From assembly GCA_009602735.1 (NCBI GenBank), contig WELA01003449.1, positions 395,356 through 436,634 on the forward strand: a DNA stretch of 41,279 nucleotides. Direction: 5' to 3'. The DNA is from Mesotaenium endlicherianum. Taxonomy: Eukaryota. Position numbers and translations under genes: made by a program. Position 1 is the first letter of the stretch. Each line of letters opens with the position of its first letter. The notes under the pieces are model-generated. The model was not told the origin of the DNA. It did no database searches and was given only the letters and a program-made list of their open reading frames with translations. Shown piece by piece: positions 24,382-34,160 of this stretch.

Positions 24382-25593
24382 TTGGCACTTGAAACTTCAA
24401 TGTACGCCTGGTCCGCCTACGTGCATCACGGTGTGTGTGTCAGTAGAGGCCATTGTACGCTCGCCTCTGGTTTGCACGAGACTCTGAGTCTGGAGTCTGG
24501 ACTCTGCATGCGGCGACTTCAACCTACCAGTATCCTACCAGTAGAGGTGTAGGTGTCAAATTGTCCATAAAGGTGTAGGTGTCAATTAGCTAGGGGTTCA
24601 TAGCTGTATATAGCAATTCATACGCAAGACTGAACAGCACTCAACAGGTAGTGGAGGCAAACTTCTAACGTCAGCACGTCATGCTAGTATCTTGTCGGAG
24701 AGTGTCACGAGAGGTAAGGCCTAAAGGCACGATCATGTCTAGCCACGTCTACCCCATATGCAATTGGCGTTTAGCTTTCGTCCTCAGGGATTTTGAACGT
24801 CCTCTGTTGTTGGACAATCAGGAGTCTCGACGGCGTCCAGACCTCTCGATTCGAGGTAAATTTGCTACTACTTGCTTAATCAGATGTTATAAATCCCAAC
24901 TTTGAAATAAAGATGTCATGTGTCACGACTCCTTTCGGTTTGACGGCGCTGCACGCGTGGCGCAAGTCATGGCCGCCCAGGTGTGGAAAGTCAACGTTGA
25001 CTTGTCGACCATTTGCTCGACCCTTGCCAGTCATTATTTGTCCAAGTCACAGCCAAGTCAGCCGTGAAGTTGACCATGCTATGCACCTACAAAAGACACA
25101 TCCAGCAAGATGCCAAGTCAGGCGATGCTGACTGGAACAGTTAACCTGGCCAATAAATAAGAGACGAGGCTGCCACGCCTAAAGCAACCACCTCAAGGGA
25201 CATGGGCTGGGTAGCCACCTAGGCGTGCACGCTGACCAGAAGGCTGATTGGCACGCGCGACTACCACAAGGTGTGCAGGCATGCTTGGTGACGATAAATA
25301 ACTCAAGTTTTACGAGGTACAGCTGCAAGAGTTGCATGCATGTTAAGCGTTGTGTCTAAGCGCTGGAATTCCCAAGGGAACTCACATGCGTGATGCCTGG
25401 AAAGGCACGATTTCGGCACGATTTTATCTCATTCTTGCCTCGCACATTTTGCCAAGAAGAGCAGAAAAGAGTGCAAGAGCGAAAGGAGAAGAGAAGGAAA
25501 GGCGCGAAGAAGGAGTTCCCAAGGCCGCAGGATAACTAGGAAGCCACGCTTCCGTTGACGTTAAGAGATTCTCTCTCAGTGTACCATAAAAAA

Positions 25594-26419
25594 TGAAAGG
25601 GGCAGAGTGCCCTAGTGGAAGCGTAGTGACTCACGAGGAAAAGAACTAGTTGCAATCATACTGAAGAGTGCAGCGGCATATCACTAAGAAAGCTTAGGAA
25701 AATTACTCAACATTTTGAGTAACAAGAAACTGCTTACAAATGATGTAGGGTGAAAGGCCTTGTCATTACAAACCCGTAGAAATTTACAGAAGTGAAAACT
25801 GATGAGAAACAAAGAAGTTATGCCTATTTATAATTTTCTGCCTAAGTGCTTCTCCCTAGGAGGAAGCTACGGATTTTCCTAAGTGTTCGTCAAATCGTCC
25901 CTTCCAGAATATTCGTGAGAAAGCCAGATCAGTCTAATCTGACGTGTCGGGCCGAATTGACGTCCACATACATGCATCGACATTACTAGAATATTCTATC
26001 TTAGACGCGCTAGGCTAAACCGAAACTTCTAGGTAAATCGACCTAGTCGGCACTCCGCGTCAGCCGAACTTACGTGAAGGTTCGAGTTCATTCTAACGGG
26101 CCAGATCGCTCGACGCTGTCGGTCAATCCGACGGTCGCGCTCACCGCGAATTAAGGACAGTCGTCAACCGACCTCAAAANGGCCGGATCGCTTGACGCTG
26201 TCGGTCAATCCGACGGTCGCGCTCACCGCGAATTAAAGACAGTCGTCAACCGACCTCAAAATTAATTAAACTTCAGAAATCCGTAACTCTCTCAATACTT
26301 GACCAAATTCAATGAGCTTTATATCAAAATGAACACAAAAATGCACTCTACATTAATGTACAATCAAAACATAATTTTATGAAACTCAACAATGCACTTT
26401 ATAAACCTATGACCTTACA
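25594..26419 (-). repeat. 3' LTR
   Basis: Direct repeat of 30762-31505 (TGAAAGGGGC...GACCTTACA), adjacent to the PPT. It carries an extra ~82 bp duplication around a single N at 26180. Confidence 0.97.
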
Positions 26420-29400
26420 TCATCCCCCTCCTCAAGATGCGACGTCCTCGACGCATTTTGCAAATAACGTCTCAACTTACTCTTACAATGAGTCAAGTTG
26501 GCCGCTGGCTCCCAAGTGTTGTCGTCCGCATGGTAGCCTTTCCACTTGACCAGATACTCTTGGACAAATCGTTGACCTCGCTTGACTCGTCGATCGCCGA
26601 CAATCGCCTCCACTTCATACTCCAATACATCATCGAGAAACCTAGTAAGAACCTGAGTAGGAACCATAGTAAGGACCATAGTAGGAACCTGAGTCTCCTT
26701 GGCCTTCTCCAACAAGATGTTCCCTGGATGATATACTTTTCGCCCATAAACCATAGCGAATGGTGACTGCTTGGTGGATCCCTGCATGCTGTTGTTGTAG
26801 GCAAACTTCAACCCTGGTAGCTTCTTGTCCCACTCTGAAGGGTCTTCCATAATGAAACTCCTGAGCACCTCTTGCAGAGTTCTGTTGAACCTCTCACTCT
26901 GTCCGTCTGTCTGAGGGTGATAAAAGTGCTCATACTGAACTTGGTCCCCATCAAAGTAAACAATGACCGCCAGAAGTTGCTAGTAAACCTTGGATCCCGA
27001 TCTGAAACAATCACCTTCGGCAACCCATGTAGCCTGAAAATATGATCAAAGAATAGCCGTGCCACATCTGCTGCCGTACAAGTCTCCTTCATGGGAATGA
27101 AGTGAGCCATCTTGCTGAGTCTATCAGATACAACCCAAACTGCATCGTGCTCTTGACCACTCACTGGTAACGACGTGATGAAGTCCATAGCAATCTGCTC
27201 CCAAGGATACTATGGAATAGGCAGGGGCTGCAATGTACCTCCCTTCTTTTGATTTGGTGTCTTGTTTTGCTGGCACGCATCGCAACTCCTAATCCACTCC
27301 TCGATGTCCTTGTCCATATTTCTCGAATAGTATTCCCGCTTTAGCACCAATGCCGTCTTTTCGCTTCCAAAGTGTCCAGCATATAAGCAATCATGATGCT
27401 GCGCAAGTAGTGAGTCTCGTAGCTCCTTGATGTCAGGTACCACCACTCTGTTGGAATCACCATAATACCATATGCCGTCCTTCTTTTGCATACTCGCGTT
27501 GGACTCAGCTGCTCCACCATCTGCAAATTCTGGATCCTCCTCATAACTTCTCTTAAGCTTCTCCTTGAAGTCCATATTCTCCTTGATGACAGAGACAGCT
27601 GCAAGGTCACACCTCCTCGATAAAGCGTCTGCAGGGTTGATCTTCCCAGGTAAGTACTCAATCTTGTGGTCGAACTGTTGCAGAAACTCCATCCACCTTG
27701 CCTGTCTTGGTGTTAACGTTGGCTGCGTCATGAACTTCTCCAAGCTCTTGTGGTCGGTCTTGATGAACATCTTCCGGCCGTCCACATAACATCGCCAAAT
27801 CCTCAAAGCCTGGATACTAGCCAACATCTCCCGCTCGTGTGCTGCATAATTCTGCTCAGCAGGTTTCAACTTCCTGCTCTCATATGCCACAGGTTGTAAT
27901 CCCTTGCCTTGGTCTCGGAGAAGAATGGCTCCCACTGTAAAGTTTGATGCCTCCGTGATGATGGTGAAAGGAAGCTCTGGACTTGCAATTGCCAACACAG
28001 GTGCCTGTGTCAATAACTCCTTAATCTTCTCAAATGCTTGCTGCTCCTTGTCACCCCATAGCCACTTCTCCTGCTTCTTCAACATGTCCGTCAGCGGTGC
28101 ACATACCTTGGCAAATCCTTCAATGAAACGTCGATAATAATTGGCCATGTTGAGGAAACTCCTGAGTTGATGAATATCAGCAGGTACCGGCCAATCTCTG
28201 ACTGCTTGCACCTTCTTCTGCTCCACCTTGACTCCTTCAGCTCCCACTATATGTCCAAGAAATTCGACTTCATTGAGACAGAAGTCGCACTTGCTCATCT
28301 TCCCATACAGCTTCTGATCTCTCAAGACCTCCAACACCTTCCTCAGATGCTCCACATGCTCTTCCAAGGTCTTCGAATAGATCAGGATGTCGTCCAAAAA
28401 TACCACCACAAACTGGTCCAAGTAGGGTCTGAAGATACTATTCATGAGTCCCATGAATGTAGCAGGTGCATTAGTCAATCCAAAAGGCATGACTGTGAAC
28501 TCGAACAAACCATAGCGAGTTCTGAAAGCAGTCTTCTGAACGTCTCCTTCCGCAATCCGTACCTGGTGATAGCCACTCCTCAAATCGATCTTCGAGAAAT
28601 ACTTCGCCCCGACAAGCCTGTCAATCAACTCGTCCACTCGTGGAAGTGGGTACCTGTTCTTGATGGTGACCTTGTTGAGTGCCCGGTAGTCGACACACAT
28701 CCTCATAGTCCCATCCTTCTTCTTCACAAATAAGACTGGCGCTGCAAATGGAGACTCGCTGGGTCGGATGAATCCCTTCTCCAATAACTCTGTCAGCTGC
28801 TTCTTTAACTCATCCAACTCCGCAAACGATTGTCGATAGGCGGGTCTCACTGGTGGCTTGCTCCCTGGTTCCAACTCAATCTTGTGCTCCATAGCTCTCT
28901 GTGGAGGTAATCCTGCAGGTAGCTCCTCAGGAAATACGCACTTGAACTCCTCCAACAGCGCCTTAATTTGGGCAGGCATCTCAGCAGGCTTCTTCTCTTG
29001 AGCAGTTGGGCTCTGCTCCTTCTGAGCAAGGGGATCAGACACCACTACTTGCTCCTCCGGCGATGTACATTCGCCCAGGCTGTTAGGATTCACGCTTGCT
29101 CCATCTGATGACCTGGCCAGGGCCACCGAAACAAGGTACATCTCCTTCACCTGATTCGCCCTGCATAGCTTCTTAACTTGCAGGCTCGACAGAAGACAGT
29201 TACTTGTGGTCGTATCTACCTCCACCTGTTTCGCTGTCTCCATTCGACCATCACGCCCTTGGACTTTCACTTGTCCTGTGCTCCAGTGCACTTGAGGGTT
29301 GGCTTTCCTCAGCCATGGTCGGCCCAATATCACCTCATGGTGACCCAACTCTGCCTGCTCCATAACTTCCTTACTCCGGTGCCCCGCTACTTCCACGTGA

Positions 29401-29771
29401 ATAGCTTCCGTAGGTGCACCACACTTGAGTCTCTGCCCATTCGCCAAAATTGCCTCCTTAGGCTCATAATGCTTCTGCACAGGGATTCGCCACTCTTTCA
29501 CCAGCTTCTTGTGCACAAAGTTTGCGCTTGCGCCACTGTCGACCATACACTTCGCCTTGTTGCCGTCGACCACTCCTTCCACGATGATAGGCTTGTCAAC
29601 ATCTCGTCCTTTGTTTCTCGGCAGGCTCCTGGGGATAACCTCCTTGTGAGTTCTCATCTTCACGCCAGTAGACACCCTAGAACGACTTAATGGCGTCCTC
29701 CTTTTTCTTGCTGTTGAGGTTGCTTCGCCTTCACATGACAGTCTCGAGCCAGATGTCCAAGCTTGCCGCAA
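26407..29771 (-). pseudogene. pol: Retrotransposon pol (aspartic protease, RT, RNase H, integrase, chromodomain), disrupted
   Basis: Motifs [50 protein letters not shown] and EYEVEAI...YLVKWKGY...TWEP. Lesions are TAG at 27210-27212, a 1-bp frameshift near 26924, RNase H TEAS instead of TDAS, and an apparent deletion before the chromodomain. Confidence 0.95.
26420..26433 (-). other. Polypurine tract
   Basis: GAGGAGGGGGATGA on the minus strand directly before the 3' LTR TG. Confidence 0.9.
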
Positions 29772-30724
29772 TTATAGCAAGGTCCTCTCGGCTTGAACTT
29801 CTCCTGCCTGCGCAAGTACTGCACAAGTCCCAACTCCATGGATACTGGACCTTGTCCACTCGTGCTTGGCGCTTGAGGTCCAAAATGTCGATATCCTCCA
29901 AAGCTGTGGCTGCCCCACTGCCTCTGACTATACTCCACAGCGTGGACCCTTGTTGCCAATGCCATCATTTCTCCAAGACTGGTAGGGTCCTTGAGCGCCA
30001 CTTCCTTGGCCACAGTTGGCTTGAGTCCCCTCTTGAACTTGTCCATCATCTCCGACTCGTGCATGGATGGGCATTGAAGCACCAGCTCGTTGAAGTGCGA
30101 AACATACTCCTGAACGCTTCCTCGCTGACGAAGGGGCACCAATAGATCTCGAGCGGTAGCCTCGGGTGCAATAGGTTGAAATTGCCTCTTCAAGCCTTCA
30201 AATAGCTGATCGACAGTAGCAGGAACTCCAGACAGCTGCTCTTCTTGTTCATACCAAGCTTGAGCACTCTTCTGCAGCAAAGTTATGACAAAGGCGACTT
30301 GCCTGTCGGGCGCGAGCGCAGAATACTCCATAAACTTCTTTACTCCAAAAATCCATTGATGAACGGGCGGCGATCCACGCTCTCCAGTATAAACTTCAAG
30401 CTTAGGCGCACGCACTCCCGATGCGGGTGGAATAACTGGTTGCACCACTGGGTTAACATGAATTGGTGGCACAACAGGTGCAGGTGCCGAACTCGTCGAA
30501 GCGGTGTTCCCCATAACAACTCGCACCATTCTCTCCACCTCCGAGAGTTTGCGCATATTTTGTTGAAATTGGGTGTAGAATTCTCCTCCAATTGCATTCG
30601 CCATTTGCCTTAGCATCGCCTGCATCTCTTGTTGCTCTCTGAACATCGTTGGTGCTGCCTGTTATCCCGCGCGCTCAACATGCTCGACATGTTCGCCTCC
30701 TCCAACTGCCGGCTGCGACTCCAT
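29687..30724 (-). pseudogene. gag: Retrotransposon gag with CCHC zinc knuckle
   Basis: LRQRGSVQEYVSHF major-homology-like region and [14 protein letters not shown]. An in-frame ATG at 30724 is followed by a premature TAA at 30664-30662, and the open frame resumes from ATG 30646. Confidence 0.9.
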
Positions 30725-30747
30725 AATATAATCTGCAAACTAGCCCA

Positions 30748-30759
30748 GCTTTGATACCA
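30748..30759 (-). other. Primer-binding site (tRNA-iMet type)
   Basis: TGGTATCAAAGC on the minus strand, 2 nt inside the 5' LTR boundary. One mismatch to the canonical TGGTATCAGAGC. Confidence 0.9.
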
Positions 30760-30761
30760 AA

Positions 30762-31505
30762 TGAAAGGGGCAGAGTGCCCTAGTGGAAGCGTAGTGACTC
30801 ACGAGGAAAAGAACTAGTTGCAATCATACTGAAGAGTGCAGCGGCATATCACTAAGAAAGCTTAGAAAAATTACTCAACATTTTGAGTAACAAGAAACTG
30901 CTCACAAATGATGTAGAGTGAAAGGCTTTGTCATTACAAACCCGTAGAAATTTACAGAAGTGAAAACTGATGAGAAACAAAGAAGTTATGCCTATTTATA
31001 ATTTTCTGCCTAAGTGCTTCTCCCTAGGAGGAAGCTACGGATTTTCCTAAGTGTTCGTCAAATCGTCCCTTCCAGAATATTCGTGAGAAAGCCAGATCAG
31101 TCTAATCTGACGTGTCGGGCCGAATTGACGTCCACATACATGCATCGACATTACTAGAATATTCTATCTTAGACGCGCTAGGCTAAACCGAAACTTCTAG
31201 GTAAATCGACCTAGTCGGCACTCCGCGTCAGCCGAACTTACGTGAAGGTTCGAGTCCACACTAACGGGCCGGATCGCTTGACGCTGTCGGTCAATCCGAC
31301 GGTCGCGCTCACCGCGAATTAAAGACAGTCGTCAACCGACCTCAAAATTAATTAAACTTCAGAAATCCGTAACTCTCTCAACACTTGACCAAATTCAATG
31401 AGCTTTATATCAAAATGACCAGAAAAATGCATTCTACATTAATATACAATCAAAACATACTTTCATGAAACTCAAAAATGCACTTTATAAACCTATGACC
31501 TTACA
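30762..31505 (-). repeat. 5' LTR (744 bp)
   Basis: Direct repeat of 25594-26419, adjacent to the PBS. Confidence 0.97.
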
Positions 31506-32579
31506 GAAAACTTAGCATTCAGGAGTTCCCAAGAAGGGATTTTGGCCAAAAGGATAGAGAGCTTGCAGAATAGAATCGGCTAGGATTGCTGGCCCAGGTT
31601 TGAGTCAAACACCACAAGCGTGCAGAAGGCACATAAAATGGTGAGTGTTGTTTTAATGTCTTAGTTCTCAGAAGTCTCAATTGTCGAATTGCTTTTTGCA
31701 AAAGCAAGATTAACAGTTAAAGCCCTCAACAAAGAGCTGAGCGAGCCCAGCCGCAATGGAAATTGCCAAGGCGCGGTTGTGAGCGGAGAGCTCAAGCCAG
31801 GCCGGCATAGATGCTATAACTTTAGATTTTTGTAAGCTGTGACTTTGTGAAAGTTAAACAAAAGCTCTGGTGGGCGATTTTCTCTCAAACTTGGTGTTGT
31901 GTGTTGATCTGCTTAGACGTGATTTCTGCACACTAAAATTTGTTCACTTGTGCAACCCTCAATCTGGGCAAAAGACTAATTGGAAGTAAGACGCTTCTGT
32001 ATTTGTAAGGGAAAATGAAGGAAGGAACACTTTTTGCAGAAATATGCTAAAGTCCTGAAGTAGGAACTGAAGAGGTTCAACTCAGTGTGAGAACACTAAG
32101 TGTCGATCCCTTCTCTGCATTTGCTCAGGTGCGGTAAGACCAGGAATGAGTCAACCACAGACGGCTTATCACCGACACACGTGCTAGGGACAATTGACCA
32201 GGTTGATCTACCACGTGCAGAGATGCACCGACCAGTCGACCAAGGAAAGCTCACACATGAGGATGACCACCGACACATCGACCAGGTCAGCGCCACACGT
32301 GCTGGAAAGCCTCACACGTGTCCAGGTTCTGACGCCGTCAGGCACCACGCATGTACAATCCTTGTCATGGGGAGCAAAAATTTCCTATGAAGCCTTATTT
32401 TATAATCAAATGTGGATTGCGAAATTTGATTTTAGTTGCCCGCAGTGTTATTTTTCCAGCTTAATTGGCAGGGAACAATTTGACAATCTGTTTCGGCAAT
32501 AGAATTTTGTCCCGGCTCGTCCCAGCTTCGGTGCGTGGAAATTTAAATGGACTAGCACCCTTGAAATCACAACACAATT

Positions 32580-34160
32580 AAATCGCAGCTGGAATGTAAG
32601 GGCCAATTACACTGGGCAAAACGAACAACTAAGTTACGGTGTACTTTTGTGTACTTTGGTAGACCAACTTTTACGATGCAAAATGTGCCAAAAGATGGTT
32701 TTAAGAGGGTTCGTCCGCATTAGATCGCGTGTACTTTTTGCAATTGCATTGGACAAAACTCAATTGGATTAAACTTTTTAGTCTTTAGGAATCTTTCAAA
32801 GACAATGTCTCCAATTCTCACTTGAAATCTACTCGTGCGAACGTAAAGCAAATGATAAAAAGAGCAAATCCCACCTTCATAGCATTTCACGTACTTTCCT
32901 ATACATTTTTGACGTTCAAGCGCTTAAATACTTGACACCAAACCCACGTCCAACTAAGATTCAAGTGCATCCGACAACTAGAGAAGCTAAAAAGTCTGAC
33001 TTGTGCCTTTTTAGCGTGACCAAGTCATCGAGAAAAGAGATGTCCCGAAAAGCGTCATCAAGTGGAGGTTCATTTGACACGGGACGGATCTAGGAGCTCT
33101 GCGCAACCACTTTCAAATGCAAATTTTTTTTTTTCAACCCGGTTAAAATATTGTCAATCGAATTGAAAAAAACGCGATTGTGCAAGATTTAGGGCCAGTT
33201 TATAGTGGCCAAAGTCAAAAAAATCATTTCCGCGTGTTGCGCAATTGCGTACAATTCAATTCAATCGAAAACGTTACAATTGCAATCGCAAGCAAATTTA
33301 TCTGGTTCAGAGTGCAAAGACCTCCTATATTCCACGCCTTGTCAAATCCCCTTCCTCCTCTTAAAAGACCTTATTTCTCGGCGGCTTAGTCACGTGCATA
33401 AACATTCTCGCATGTGGACATTTTGAGCAGCGTAATTTTTAAACACCTCCCTCTTTAGGCTGAAAACCCCCAAATGTGCTGCAACCATCTTTACTACTTC
33501 GCCTTCTTCCTCAATGCCGAGTCCGGACAATCCATTTATACTTTTACCTAGGCACTTCAGTCCCTTAGTGCCGTGTATCAAGTCAGATCTCTTCCTTATT
33601 GACACACTCTTGGGGGGTTGTATCTTTGAGTATGAAGAGAAGGGCAGCAGCCTTCTTGTTTTTGTGAGGGCCAGCAGTGAGGGGCAAAACCCTTTTCGTT
33701 TTTTGTCTTCACGTTGATGTGTAAAAATATGCAATAATTATTTTAAGGGATCTGTTTGGCGCTTTGGCTTGAAATACCGAAGTAAATGTATGTGGAATTG
33801 TACAAAAGGTGGGATTTGATTTTGACTTCTCTGATGTGTATGTCAGTCGTTTTTTACCCCACACGAGTTGTCTTTTAGCTTCATTTTGAGACGTTGTGTT
33901 TGAAAGTATCCCAATCGACCTCAAAAATGGGATTCCATAAATTTAATTGGGTTTTCTTCAAATTCAATCGTTGAAAGTACACCCCACAAGTTGTGGAGGA
34001 AAACCCCAAAAAACCATTGTACACCACTATATTTTTGCGCTGTAAAAGTTGGTGTACCAACAGGTATGCAGAGGTATATCTTAATTAGATTGAATCTTTC
34101 ATAATGACCACTATAAATTGGCCCTTAATTGATCGCGTTTGGCCACTATAAACTAGCCCT
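32580..34160. mobile_element. Possible non-autonomous DNA transposon / foldback-like remnant
   Basis: AT-rich segment with imperfect inverted repeats: 32656-32674 vs 34042-34060 (18/19), 33191-33213 vs 34138-34160 (22/23), and 32598-32620 vs 34108-34126. No transposase recognised. Confidence 0.45.

Larger units (their letters stand above)
25594..31505 (-). mobile_element. Ty3/gypsy LTR retrotransposon, chromovirus (chromodomain-bearing), with both LTRs but decayed
   Basis: Two TG...CA LTRs, PBS, PPT and gag-PR-RT-RH-INT-chromodomain order. The probable 5-bp TSD is imperfect (AAAAA 25589-25593 vs GAAAA 31506-31510). Confidence 0.97.

Noticed and set aside
26098..26260. ~82 bp tandem duplication in the 3' LTR only
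   Set aside because: The copies are separated by a single N (26180), the typical mark of overlapping contig ends. Probably an assembly artefact.
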